From Verrucomicrobiota bacterium (GTDB lineage Bacteria; Verrucomicrobiota; Lentisphaeria; Lentisphaerales; Lentisphaeraceae), in assembly GCA_039798785.1 (NCBI GenBank), contig JBDKFG010000004.1, positions 32,001 through 96,000 of the forward strand: a stretch of 64,000 nt of DNA. Reading direction: 5' to 3'. Under the pieces are notes generated by a model. That model did not search any database, was not told the DNA's origin, and saw nothing but the letters and a program-made list of their open reading frames with translations. Below, piece by piece: positions 18,937 through 29,435 of the stretch. Position 1 is the stretch's first letter. Each line of letters begins with the position of its first letter. Made by a program: the position numbers and the translations under genes.

Positions 18937-19340
18937 GATGAAGGAACAAAATCAAAAACATCGAGCTCAAATTTTTAGCACTATTAGCCAACTCATAGCC
19001 TCAGAGAAATAAGCCATTGAAGGAACAAAAACAAAAAACCTTTAACCACATATTGAGAAAATCATGACGCTCTTGAACCACATAAAAAACACCGAACGAA
19101 GCGGCCAAGGACGGATCGCTTTAACCCCATGTTGAGCTATCCATGACGCCATTGAACCCCATAAAAAACACCGAACGAAGCGGCCAAAGACAGAGCGTTT
19201 TAGCCCCATGTTGAGCAAATCTTGACCCCATTCAGAGCCAACGAAATCCAAGAGCAGAACCCCATGATCTGGCCCCAGAATCTCAGCGCCATACGTGTAC
19301 GCACACGCGAGCAAGATCGCCAAATTTAAAATTTGGCCTC
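18937..19340. repeat. Direct repeats and palindromes upstream of the relaxase module (oriT candidate)
   Basis: TGAAGGAACAAAA twice; ~65-bp repeat at ~19073 and ~19152; GTGTACGCACAC; GCCAAATT-taa-AATTTGGC at 19319-19337. Confidence 0.45.
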
Positions 19341-19409
19341 GGACAGCCCTTGACAGTGCCGTGTCCTCGAACTACACTGGACTCGGTCAGGCCTCGTCCA
19401 GGAACAAAC

Positions 19410-19571
19410 ATGGCAGCACGCATCACACTCACGCTCACAGCCCAAGCAGCTCTCGCAGAGCTCGCTGAGATCCGTCGCTGCAGTGAGACCAACGCTATCG
19501 AATACGCTCTTCTGTTGGCTCTAGACCGAGCTAGAAACATAACTGAGCTCGATGGTGATGACGATGAATAA
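19410..19571 (+). CDS. Small ribbon-helix-helix protein (relaxosome accessory-like)
   Basis: 53 aa, alternating RITLTLT strand followed by two helices; overlaps the relaxase start. Confidence 0.55.
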   Translation: MAARITLTLTAQAALAELAEIRRCSETNAIEYALLLALDRARNITELDGDDDE

Positions 19572-21219
19572 GCCATCAGCCGTTTTCAAAAAGGTCAGAT
19601 CGCTGGAGACGACCAAGATTGACTATCTTGACGAAAAGTCGAAAATGCACAATGACTATCATGAGCGCAAATCTCAACGAAAAAAAGAAATTAATCAATC
19701 AGCTCAAAATTTAACAAATTATATCAACAAAGAAAACAACAACCAAGAAGCGGTCGGGAAAATTTTTGCCGGTGGCTACTTCCGGACCATCCTGGCGCAT
19801 CGATTCGGCAAAGCACCTGAGTCGGTTAAAAATGACATACTTAATCTCGAGCTGCAATCGCTAATAACGCAAGCTGGCGTAAAGCATGGTGCCTATCGAG
19901 GACATGTCGGGGTCCACGCTCTTATCTCGCTTTCTCCTGAGGCCGAGAAGAAAATCGCTGAGGCCGGTGGTGACATCGATCGTACTCTCCATCGTATTGT
20001 AACGAAAACTATGAAGGCATTTAATGCCAAGTTCCATCCAGGAGAAAAAATCGGCTACGCATTCTCGATTCATCATGATACTGACAATCGTCATGCTCAC
20101 ATCTACCTGTCAAACAAGACGGATCGTGGTAGCTATATAGCGACTAGCGACGGGCTGAAAAATAAAAAAGATGTGAAGAGAAAGAAAGAGCGCGAGAATA
20201 TCCTCGAATACCTTCGTGTGACGACTGATTCTTTCACGAATTCGGCAATTGAAGAGTTAGAAAAAAACTCAGAAGAGAAGTACAACTGCGGCCAACGGAT
20301 TGAATTTTTGCGATCGCAGCTAGATGGCCTTTGCTTCGGCGCCTTGATGCGCTCTGAAGCCAGGATCCAAGAACTAATTTCAGCTCGCAGAAAAGCTGAA
20401 GATCGCCTACGTGAAGAACAATTCCGTCACCGCAAGGAAATGGATTATGCGCTCTTCCGAAACTCAATCTATCGTAGTCAACTAGATCAATATTATCGCG
20501 ATCTGGAAGCTAATAAGGATGTCTCAAGATACAACATAAGAGAGCTTTCAGACTTCTATTTGAATCGTATATATAAGAATGAAAAAAATGAATCAGATCG
20601 AAATTATCTTGATTATTTGAAATGCAATAAAACTATTGTTACAACTATGATGTTTAACGAGAATATTCGACACAAATTAGCATTGTCAAGGATAAATAGA
20701 GATATAAATGATTTGAATAATTCAGTTAAAAATCAAAATAAATTCTCGACTCGAATTTTGAATCAAATTGAAAAATCAAGTATGGCTTCTGTGTCTCATT
20801 CAGTGATTGAATTGGCTGCAAAGAATGCAGCTTTAGAGTATGCGAAGTCTAATGATACTGATCTTGCTAAAGATGTATATATAAAATCTATGACATCGCT
20901 TTCTAAGTCTCATAAAATTGAGAAATATAGGAATAGTAACTGCGTAAATTCACCTAAATATAAAGTGATTGGAATTAGCGGCAATCCTTATAATCCACTT
21001 TCTAAATCTGTTATTTCAAATGATAAAATGAGAGAAATTTTGAAACGGTCTAGTCAGCTAAGTTGGAGTATTTATGACAACAAAACGAAAGCTGAAGATA
21101 TTTCTTATAAACAATCTGAATCTAATACGAAAACTATCGTTGTAAGTCAAGACATAAATCACAAAAAAGATAGTAGTTTAGACCAAAACAACACAAGGAA
21201 ACATGGTCGTGGAATCTGA
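19564..21219 (+). CDS. HUH relaxase (MOBP-like)
   Basis: HALISLSP and SIHHDTDNRHAHIYL motifs; coiled-coil C-terminal half ending RKHGRGI. Confidence 0.8.
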   Translation: MNKPSAVFKKVRSLETTKIDYLDEKSKMHNDYHERKSQRKKEINQSAQNLTNYINKENNNQEAVGKIFAGGYFRTILAHRFGKAPESVKNDILNLELQSLITQAGVKHGAYRGHVGVHALISLSPEAEKKIAEAGGDIDRTLHRIVTKTMKAFNAKFHPGEKIGYAFSIHHDTDNRHAHIYLSNKTDRGSYIATSDGLKNKKDVKRKKERENILEYLRVTTDSFTNSAIEELEKNSEEKYNCGQRIEFLRSQLDGLCFGALMRSEARIQELISARRKAEDRLREEQFRHRKEMDYALFRNSIYRSQLDQYYRDLEANKDVSRYNIRELSDFYLNRIYKNEKNESDRNYLDYLKCNKTIVTTMMFNENIRHKLALSRINRDINDLNNSVKNQNKFSTRILNQIEKSSMASVSHSVIELAAKNAALEYAKSNDTDLAKDVYIKSMTSLSKSHKIEKYRNSNCVNSPKYKVIGISGNPYNPLSKSVISNDKMREILKRSSQLSWSIYDNKTKAEDISYKQSESNTKTIVVSQDINHKKDSSLDQNNTRKHGRGI

Positions 21220-21577
21220 AATTAGACAACAATTTATCCAGTTTCAAAAAACTGTTTTCGATATAAATGATATTCTTATTTTTAAGTTAGAATTTGATCA
21301 GGTTATCGAATCTAGGGTTCTTTACATCTTCCTAAGATCCAAGGTTGAACCGATTGTTTTTGTTGACCATGCGGAGCAATTTTATATCTTCCTTGAGACC
21401 CTTGTTTGTGCGGTTGATGTCAATAAGCAGGTCTTACAATTTCAGGATAAAACGAAAGTGGAGAAAGCCTCTTCTGTTGGGCCTGTACCGTCAAAGGAAG
21501 AAGCAGATGGCGAAGACTACGAAGAAGAGGAAGATCTTGATGCCCTTTTGAATGCAAAAAGCACTCGAGAGTTTTAG
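21203..21577 (+). CDS. Hypothetical protein with acidic tail
   Basis: 124-aa ORF overlapping the relaxase end; no recognised motif. Confidence 0.5.
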   Translation: MVVESEIRQQFIQFQKTVFDINDILIFKLEFDQVIESRVLYIFLRSKVEPIVFVDHAEQFYIFLETLVCAVDVNKQVLQFQDKTKVEKASSVGPVPSKEEADGEDYEEEEDLDALLNAKSTREF

Positions 21578-21918
21578 CGTCTAAAAATCAGAAATAACTT
21601 GGTCTCGATGCCTTCAGCGCTTTCACCTGGTGGGTGCAATGGAGTCAGCTGCGATCCCCCGCAGTGCACTCCTCTTATCATCGCCGCCAAGACCAAGGTT
21701 CACAAAGCCTTCCGCGCCTTAGGTGCAGGCACTCACACGTGAGACCTTAATAGGCCACTTTTTGCACAGCAATCGTGCAGGATGGATGAAGGCGAGGGCA
21801 TTTATATCTTGGATTTGGCCATCGTCCCAGGGAGAAAAACTTCGCAGACTTCGCAGAGCATCTTGATTCATTTAGTAACGAAGCGTGTTATGGTGGCGGC
21901 TTAACAGCAAAGGTGTCT

Positions 21919-24900
21919 ATGAAATCCTCCGTCGAAGTCCGTCAACAGATCGAAGACACCCTCCGCCTTGACCTGGTCGGGCCGGACAACGAGCACCCGT
22001 TTGCGAAGGAGCTGATCCCGGAATCACCGACGCGCTGGTACCTCTGTGGTTTCCTGATGCCGAAGGACACGCCGGCGGAGCAGCGCAGCACCGCGGATGC
22101 CGATGACGAGATCGACTCGGCGCCGGTTTCACCCAATGCCGATGATGCCGGGCCGATGGACCGCGGCGCAGGAGGCAAGAGTTTGTTTCCGGCTTCCTTC
22201 GGCCTCAGCTTGCTGCTGCCGGAGAAGGTCAAGGAATTGGAAGTCCAGGTCGACTGGGGCGATTATCACTTCGAGGGCGAGGGTGAAGCTCCTGCCGACG
22301 ACGGCACGGAAGGGGAGGGGAACACTCCCTCTTTCGAAGAAACCGGGGGTGAAGTCCGTGAAGATGTGAAAGGCAAGAACAAGGGATTCCGTCGCCACCC
22401 GCAGACGCGCCGCTTCTCCCTCAAGCTCAATGGTGAGCTGATTTCCCACGCGGTCCCCGACAGCGGCGGCCTCAGGTTGGAGGGAGTTCTGCGCTCGCCG
22501 CAACAGGACTGGGAAGGCGAAGGCAAGCTCCCCAAGGGCGTCCGCAGCCTCAGCCTCTTTCTCGTCAATGAACGCGATCCGACTCCCGAGCGGCGCTATC
22601 AATCAGCGGCCTATCAAGTCCAGATGCGGCTCCGCTGCGCGACCGGTTTCGTTCCTCGTCCCGACTTGCGTGACGGCGGCGACGACCAGGATCAGCGCAT
22701 CGCCGACATTCAATATCGCGACCAACATGAATATGGCGTCGGCCACGGCTGCGCGGTCGAGTGGGAAGATCAGGACGGTGTCTGCCGCGAAGTGAGAAGC
22801 TGCTGGATCCCGCGGGCCGAAGTGGAGCGGGTCGAACCCAACGAAGCGATCTCCGGCGCGGTGCTTGGCATGGAGGCCTTGGCGGATCTGAAGGAGCCGC
22901 AGGCTCTTGCCTCGGCCTTGCGCCCCCTGGCCACGGCCTACGGTTCCTGGATCGAAGCGCAGGCGTCTCATTTGAAGGGATTTAGCAAGGACCAGAAGGA
23001 GACGGCTGCCGAGATGCTCGCCGCGGCGAGATCCGCGCGCAGCCGGATGGAAGCCGGCATCGAGCTGCTGGTCGAAGATGGGGAAGCCCGCGAGGCTTTC
23101 TGGCGGGCCAATCTGGCGATGGCCCAGGCCAACCGGCAACGCAACGCCCAGAGCGCGCGCTGTCCGCCGGCCCAGGTCAAGGCGCCGCAGTGGCGTCCCT
23201 TCCAGCTTGCCTTCATCCTGATGAACCTGCGCGGCCTCGCCAAACCCGAGCACGACGACCGCGAACGGGTCGATCTGCTCTTCTTCCCCACCGGTGGCGG
23301 CAAGACCGAAGCCTATCTCGGCCTGGCCGCGTTCAACATCGTTCTCCGCCGCCTGCGCCACCAAGGCGGCGTTCGCGGCTGCGGCATGACGGTGTTGATG
23401 CGCTACACCCTGCGCCTCCTCACCCTTGACCAGCTCGGCCGCGCCTCCGGCCTGGTCTGCGCCCTGGAATTGCAGCGACGAGATTTGGAAAGTCGTGGGT
23501 TGCCTGCGACTCTCGGCACCTGGCCCTTCGAGATCGGCCTCTGGGTCGGCAGCGCCGCCACTCCCAACCGCCTCGGTCACCAAGGTTACAACGGCCCTGG
23601 GGCCGACGAAACCGCTCACATCAAGGCCTCGCGTTTCAATCGCGACAGCAAGCGCCATCAGCCGCCGGTGCCGATGATGGCCTGCCCCTGGTGCGGCACG
23701 GAGTTCAACGAGCACACCTTCCGCATGTTCCCCAATGCCAAGACGCCGAGCCGCTTGAACATTCACTGTGTCAACGGTGACTGTCCCTTCTCGGGCGATC
23801 ACGCGCTTCCTCTGGTCGCGGTCGACGAACCGCTCTACCGGCGGCTGCCCTGCTTCGTCATCGCCACCGTCGACAAGTTCGCTGCACTCCCCTGGACCGG
23901 GGAAGCCGGCAAGCTCTTCGGCCAGGTGGATTCCTACGATGCCGACGGCTTCTACGGTCCGTCCGAACCCAAGCCGAAGAACGGCAAGATGCTTGACGGA
24001 CCTCTGCCGCCTCCCGAGTTGATCATCCAGGACGAATTGCACCTCATCTCCGGCCCGCTCGGCACCATCGCCGGCCTCTACGAAACGACTATCGAGGAGC
24101 TCTGTCGCCGTCCCGCTCCGGGCTGGAAACCCAAGATCATCGCCTCGACCGCGACGGTGCGCCGGGCGCAAGCCCAGATCCAGGCGCTTTTCGGTCGCGC
24201 CGAATCGCCCATTTTCCCACCCCCCGGACTGAACCGCCGCGACAGCTTCTTCGCCCTCACCCGCCCGGCCGAGGACGTGCCGGCCCGCCTCTATCTCGGC
24301 ATCGCCGCCCAGGGCCGCAGCTTCAAGGTGGTGCTGATGCGCAGCTACCTCTGCCTCCTCGGCGCCGCGATGAAGGCCTACAACGAGAACCGCAGTGCCA
24401 AGGACAATCCCGCCGATCCCTACATGACCCTGCTCGGCTACTTCAACAGCCTGCGCGAACTCGGCGGCAGCCGCCGCATCGTCGAGGACGAGGTCCGCTC
24501 GCGTCTCGCCCTCTATGCCCGCAAGCGCCGCCTCGATCCCGAGGACAAAGGCCTCTTCGATCCCCGCGCCCTCGACAAGGTAGTGCAGGAGCTCACCTCG
24601 CGGGTCAAGACCCATGAAGTCGCCGCCACCAAGGACGCCCTGGCCAAGCCGGCCGCCGCGCCGGATTCGGTCCCCGTCGCCCTCGCCACCAACATGATTT
24701 CGGTCGGTCTCGACATCACCCGCCTCGGCCTGATGGTGGTCCTTGGTCAGCCCAAGACCAGCTCGGAATACATCCAGTCGACCTCGCGCGTCGGTCGCGA
24801 TGCCCGCAAACCCGGCCTCGTGCTCACCCTGCTCAACCTCCACCGTCCTCGCGACCGCTCGCATTACGAACGCTTCGGCGCCTACCACGCCAGTTTCTAC

Positions 24901-25383
24901 CGCAGCGTCGAGGCGACCAGCGTCACGCCCTTCTCCCCGCGGGCCCTCGACCGGGCGCTCGCCCCGGCCCTCGTCGGTCTCTGCCGCCAGGGCTTCGCCG
25001 AACTCAATCCCGCCAACGGCGCGGAACGCATCGCCGAATTGCGCACGCGCTTGTCGGAGATGGCCCGCGTCTTCGCCGCCCGCGCCGCTTCACACCGCCA
25101 GATGGAGGCCAAGGAGGCGGCCGAACTCGAACGCAAGGTGCTCAACCAGTGCGAGTCGATCCTCGATGACTGGTGCAAGACGGCGGAGCACTTCGGCAAG
25201 ACCGCCACTCGCCTGCAGTACCAGCAGGAGTCCCACGGACAAGGCCAACGCCTGCTGCGCGACTTCCTCGATCCCGAGCTGAAAAACCTGACGAAGTTCC
25301 AGCAGACCTTCAAGGCCAACCGCTCGATGCGCGACGTCGATGCCGGGGTCGGCATCCTCGTCGATGAAATGAAATCCTGGTAA
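21919..25383 (+). CDS. drmA: DISARM helicase DrmA
   Basis: WRPFQLAF, FPTGGGKTEAY, MRYTLRLLT, IIQDELHLI, ATNMISVGLD and YIQSTSRVGR motifs; followed by DUF1998 and PLD genes. Confidence 0.93.
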   Translation: MKSSVEVRQQIEDTLRLDLVGPDNEHPFAKELIPESPTRWYLCGFLMPKDTPAEQRSTADADDEIDSAPVSPNADDAGPMDRGAGGKSLFPASFGLSLLLPEKVKELEVQVDWGDYHFEGEGEAPADDGTEGEGNTPSFEETGGEVREDVKGKNKGFRRHPQTRRFSLKLNGELISHAVPDSGGLRLEGVLRSPQQDWEGEGKLPKGVRSLSLFLVNERDPTPERRYQSAAYQVQMRLRCATGFVPRPDLRDGGDDQDQRIADIQYRDQHEYGVGHGCAVEWEDQDGVCREVRSCWIPRAEVERVEPNEAISGAVLGMEALADLKEPQALASALRPLATAYGSWIEAQASHLKGFSKDQKETAAEMLAAARSARSRMEAGIELLVEDGEAREAFWRANLAMAQANRQRNAQSARCPPAQVKAPQWRPFQLAFILMNLRGLAKPEHDDRERVDLLFFPTGGGKTEAYLGLAAFNIVLRRLRHQGGVRGCGMTVLMRYTLRLLTLDQLGRASGLVCALELQRRDLESRGLPATLGTWPFEIGLWVGSAATPNRLGHQGYNGPGADETAHIKASRFNRDSKRHQPPVPMMACPWCGTEFNEHTFRMFPNAKTPSRLNIHCVNGDCPFSGDHALPLVAVDEPLYRRLPCFVIATVDKFAALPWTGEAGKLFGQVDSYDADGFYGPSEPKPKNGKMLDGPLPPPELIIQDELHLISGPLGTIAGLYETTIEELCRRPAPGWKPKIIASTATVRRAQAQIQALFGRAESPIFPPPGLNRRDSFFALTRPAEDVPARLYLGIAAQGRSFKVVLMRSYLCLLGAAMKAYNENRSAKDNPADPYMTLLGYFNSLRELGGSRRIVEDEVRSRLALYARKRRLDPEDKGLFDPRALDKVVQELTSRVKTHEVAATKDALAKPAAAPDSVPVALATNMISVGLDITRLGLMVVLGQPKTSSEYIQSTSRVGRDARKPGLVLTLLNLHRPRDRSHYERFGAYHASFYRSVEATSVTPFSPRALDRALAPALVGLCRQGFAELNPANGAERIAELRTRLSEMARVFAARAASHRQMEAKEAAELERKVLNQCESILDDWCKTAEHFGKTATRLQYQQESHGQGQRLLRDFLDPELKNLTKFQQTFKANRSMRDVDAGVGILVDEMKSW

Positions 25384-25396
25384 GATCGGACGCATC

Positions 25397-27208
25397 ATGG
25401 ACAAACTCTCCAGCCAGCAAATGATCCTCTCCTTCGGTCCCGGAGCGATGGTCGACCTGCCCGATTCCTCGGTCCTCATCTCAGGCCTCGATTCCTGGCG
25501 CTACCCCAAGGACAACCTGCCGATCATCAAGGAGGAACGTCTCCTGGCGACGCTGAAAGCGGTGTTGAAACGCCCGGATCTCGATCACATGCGGGCGCCG
25601 CCGCGTTTCGACGACAGCCGCAGTCCCGCGGGTCAGGCCTCAGTCGGCTCGGCGGTCCACGCCCGGCGCTTCCCCAATTGGTTCGTGGTCCAGAACGAAG
25701 TGCCGCACAAGAACGCCCGTCGACGTCGCCTCGTCCACTTCAACGATCTGCAAGGCGGGGAGTTCCGCGATCCCAGCGACGACAAGAAGCGCAAGTTCCC
25801 GGTCGTCCCGGTCCGCTTCGTCCGCGCCTGCCCGAAAGGGCACATCGGCGACATCGACTGGGTCGCCCTGGTCCACCAGGAGAAATGCAGCAGCTTCCCC
25901 GAGCTCTGGCTCGAGGAGCGCGGCACTTCGGGCGAGATGGACCAGATCACCATCCTCTGCGCTAACTGCAAACAGCACCGCGAGATGGCCCGCCTCGTCC
26001 GGGGCGATGCCAAGGTGCTGGGCTTCTGCGATGGCGCCCGCCCCTGGCTCGGACCTCATGCCCGCGAGGAATGCCATCAGCCCAGCCGGCTCTTGGTGCG
26101 CAGCGCCACCAACACTTACTTCCCGGCGCATCTCTCGGTGATCTCCATCCCCGATGCCCGCGGCCCAGCCGACGAAGCGGTCGCGGCCTTGTGGGAGGAC
26201 TTCCTCTCTGACGTCGAGAGCGAAGCCGAACTGGCCAAGGTTCGCAAGAAACCCAGCGTCGCCAACCGCCTCAGCGGCCTCGAGGACGGCGAAGTGTTCC
26301 AGGCGATTGAACGCAAGCGCTCCGGCGGCGAGGACTACGGCAACGTCAAGGAGTTGGAATTCGAAGCCTTCACCCAAAGCCGCCCAGGCCTCGGCGAGGA
26401 TGCGCCCGATGGCGACTTCTACGCCCGTCTCCTGCCGAAGAAGGATTGGGAAGCGCCCTGGACCCGCAGCCTGGAGAAAGTCGTCCTCGTCCACCGTCTG
26501 CGCGAGGTCAACGCCTTGGTCGGCTTCACCCGCTTGGAAGCGCCCTCGCAGGACGTCAAGGGCGGGCTCGAGGTGGACGTGCAGCGAGCCGAGATCTCCA
26601 CTGAAGCGCGCTGGCTGCCGGCGATCGAGAACCGCGGCGAAGGGATCTTCCTGCAGTTCAAGGCCGCCGACATCGAGAGCTGGAAGGAACGCTCGCAGGT
26701 TTACCAACGGGGCTCGCTCCTCGCCGGCGCCTACGTAAAAGCCCTCGCCGCGCGTGGCGGTAAAGGCCCGGAATTCCCCGGCCTGCCGGTCTATCTGCTG
26801 CACAGCCTGTCGCACATCCTGATGACCCAGCTCTCTCTCGACTGCGGCTATCCCGCATCGTCGCTGAAAGAGCGCCTCTACTGCCTGCCCGGCGGACGCT
26901 ATGGCATCCTCATCTTCACCGCTTCCGGCGATGCCCAGGGCACCCTCGGCGGCTTGGTCGAGGCGGGCCGCGACATCCGCCGCCATCTTCGCGCCGCCCT
27001 CGACACCGCCCGGCTCTGTTCCAATGACCCGGTCTGCTCGCATCACCACCCGCAAGCGGAGCACGGTCCGATGCACGGTGCCGCCTGCCACGGCTGCCTG
27101 CTCATCGCCGAGACCTCTTGCGAACTCCGCAACCTCTACCTCGACCGCTGCCTGCTCGTCCCCACTCTCGGCGCCAGCGGCGTCGCCTTCTTCACCGGGG
27201 ATTTGTGA
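25397..27208 (+). CDS. drmB: DISARM DrmB (DUF1998)
   Basis: FGPGAMVD, LHSLSH, CGYPASSLKER, GTLGGL, CSNDPVC, ACHGC and ETSCE motifs. Confidence 0.93.
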   Translation: MDKLSSQQMILSFGPGAMVDLPDSSVLISGLDSWRYPKDNLPIIKEERLLATLKAVLKRPDLDHMRAPPRFDDSRSPAGQASVGSAVHARRFPNWFVVQNEVPHKNARRRRLVHFNDLQGGEFRDPSDDKKRKFPVVPVRFVRACPKGHIGDIDWVALVHQEKCSSFPELWLEERGTSGEMDQITILCANCKQHREMARLVRGDAKVLGFCDGARPWLGPHAREECHQPSRLLVRSATNTYFPAHLSVISIPDARGPADEAVAALWEDFLSDVESEAELAKVRKKPSVANRLSGLEDGEVFQAIERKRSGGEDYGNVKELEFEAFTQSRPGLGEDAPDGDFYARLLPKKDWEAPWTRSLEKVVLVHRLREVNALVGFTRLEAPSQDVKGGLEVDVQRAEISTEARWLPAIENRGEGIFLQFKAADIESWKERSQVYQRGSLLAGAYVKALAARGGKGPEFPGLPVYLLHSLSHILMTQLSLDCGYPASSLKERLYCLPGGRYGILIFTASGDAQGTLGGLVEAGRDIRRHLRAALDTARLCSNDPVCSHHHPQAEHGPMHGAACHGCLLIAETSCELRNLYLDRCLLVPTLGASGVAFFTGDL

Positions 27209-27990
27209 TGGAAACCCTGCACCAGCTCAGCGACGCAGCTCTCGACGGGCTCGCCCGGGCCCTCCGCTCGGGCGCCCTGGCGCAAGGATTGGGTCGCCAG
27301 GCGCTGCAAAGTTTTGCCGGACCCAGCCTGGCGCCGCGTCTCCTCGAGGAACTGCGGCAACTGGAGTCCGACGGCTTCGGCCCGGCCCAGCTCGCCGTCT
27401 TGGTCGAAGAAGTCGCCCGGGCCCGCTCGCTCGCCCAGCCGATCCATCACATCCTCGATCTCGTCCTCTCCGGACCCGAGGCCCCGGGGGTGCCGGTGCG
27501 CGACACCTCGGTGGTCTTCAACGAATTGGTCGAAGAAGCCCAGGGCTCGATGCTGATCGCCGGCTACGCCTTCTACCAAGGGAAGGAGATCTTCGCCCGT
27601 CTCGCCGCCAAGCATGACGCCGATCCCGCCTTCGAACTCGATTTCTGCCTCGACATCAGCCGCAAACCGGCCGATAGCAGCCGCTCCGAGGACATCGTCA
27701 CCCGTGCCCGCCTCGACTTCCTCGAGCGCAATTGGCCCGGTCGCCGCCCGCCCCGCCTCTGGCATGATCCGCGTTCGCTCCTGCCCGAGGCCAAGCAACG
27801 CTCCTCGCTGCACGCCAAATGCGTCCTGGTCGACAGCTGCCTCGCCCTGGTCACCTCGGCCAACTTCACCCAGGCCGCCCAGCGCCGCAACATCGAAGCC
27901 GGCCTCATTCTCCGCCACGCCCCCAGCGTCCTGCGCCTGGAGTCGCACTTCCGCCAGTTGATCGAACGCGGTGTGCTGCAGCGGGGCTGA
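27208..27990 (+). CDS. drmC: DISARM phospholipase-D-type nuclease DrmC
   Basis: LHAKCVLVD...TSANFT...RNIEAG (HxKxxxxD); TGATG coupling to drmB. Confidence 0.92.
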   Translation: METLHQLSDAALDGLARALRSGALAQGLGRQALQSFAGPSLAPRLLEELRQLESDGFGPAQLAVLVEEVARARSLAQPIHHILDLVLSGPEAPGVPVRDTSVVFNELVEEAQGSMLIAGYAFYQGKEIFARLAAKHDADPAFELDFCLDISRKPADSSRSEDIVTRARLDFLERNWPGRRPPRLWHDPRSLLPEAKQRSSLHAKCVLVDSCLALVTSANFTQAAQRRNIEAGLILRHAPSVLRLESHFRQLIERGVLQRG

Positions 27991-28530
27991 CCCAGTGCTT
28001 GTAACACACTTTGTCGACCTTAACAGGCGGGATGTTACGGAGCCGTTTCTTGGTTAGGTCAACCTAATCCGACTCCGCCGGAACCGAAGCCAACCACGAA
28101 AGGCAGGAAAGGCACGAAAGGGAACCGCAGAAGCCGAAATGCAGGGCTGCCGCCCCGCCCCCCGCTCGGGGACTCGTCCCCGAACCCCGTGACTCTCTCG
28201 TCGCTCCGCTCCGGCTGCGACAAACCGTCCTTGCCGGTTTTTCTCAGACTCTTTTCCGGCGCTCCGCTTGACACGAAATCACGTGACAAAAAATGGTCAC
28301 GAGAATCAGGTAAGCGGTCTAAATTCCGCAGCAGCGGAATGGAACCTGGTTGAAAGGCAAACACATGAACACAAGCAACAAGAAAAATAAGTAAGGCCCT
28401 GCGAGCGCCGCAGCCATTGCGGATGTCGAGCCGGTTCAATCCTGATGATCTGCCGCTAGTCGTTGCTGTTTCAGCTCCACTTTTCGGCTCTCCCGGGAAT
28501 TTTGCGGGTTGGCCGCCGCGCTTGCTTGTT

Positions 28531-28778
28531 CGACCCCGAAGCGGGTCGGTGATTTTAGCCCAGGGTTGAGCCGCATCGGCGACACCCTGGGTAAGCGCCA
28601 GTCATGAAAACCGACCCCAAGGGGGTCACGGAAAAGGCGGGAACGAAGGGGGCGCTTCGCTGCCAGCACTCTCGGACCTCCTTGACCCCTTCAGGGTCGA
28701 GATTCCGCACCCTGATGACCCGGGGTGTCGCCGATGCGGCTCAACCCCGGGCTAAAATCTGCCACTCCCTTGGAGTGA
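28531..28778. repeat. Long inverted-repeat element (REP/MITE-like)
   Basis: 42-bp arms 28551-28592 and 28718-28759, nearly perfect inverted pair, with short GACCC-N-GGGTC hairpins. Confidence 0.75.
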
Positions 28779-28902
28779 AATCCGCAGCAGGTCACCAAGT
28801 CTACAATCAGGGATTCAACCCACCAACTTCCCGGGAGAGCCCACTTTTCAACCTTCCAACCTTTCAACTGCGGAATTTAGGGTCAAGTGCGTACTTGCGT
28901 GT

Positions 28903-29394
28903 TTACGGGTGGGTCAGCCCCAGCTTGTCGAAGCCGCAGCCGCCTTTGGCGGGGTCGCAGTTCCAGTAGAAGCGCGGGCCGTCCTTGCGCAGCTTGGCTT
29001 CGCGTCGGCAAGCGGGGCAGCTGAAGTCGATCGGGGTGTTGCCCTCGCAGGCGCGGCACTTGAAGTAGTAGCCGTACTTGCCGTATTGGATCTCCAGGTG
29101 GCCCAGCGGCGCCGGGCACTTGCTGCACCCTGGCGACTTTTGCGGACGGATGGTGCTCGGAGTTGCAGGGGCAGGGGCGGCAGTCGCGGGTTTCGCAAGA
29201 GCGGGTGGTGACTGGGGCAGGGGAGCCGCGGCACGGGCAGGGGAGGGGGGAGTCGCGACTGTTGGGGAAGCAGCGACGGCAGGGAGGGGACGCGGCGTGT
29301 GGCGGTCCTTGAGGAACTTGGCGATGCGTTGCAGTTCGGCATCCTTGAAGCTGCGGGGTGCGTCGCTGCGGAAGAGCGAATCTTTCTTGCTCAT
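28903..29394 (-). CDS. Topoisomerase-type C4 zinc-ribbon protein, possibly a truncated remnant
   Basis: CSKC...GKYGYYFKCRAC...CPAC...FYWNC...C after a P/A-rich linker; only a short N-terminal part. Confidence 0.6.
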   Translation of the reverse strand: MSKKDSLFRSDAPRSFKDAELQRIAKFLKDRHTPRPLPAVAASPTVATPPSPARAAAPLPQSPPALAKPATAAPAPATPSTIRPQKSPGCSKCPAPLGHLEIQYGKYGYYFKCRACEGNTPIDFSCPACRREAKLRKDGPRFYWNCDPAKGGCGFDKLGLTHP

Positions 29395-29435
29395 CGCGAC
29401 CAGGCAGTCCCAGTGGAAGTAGTGGTCTTTCGGGG

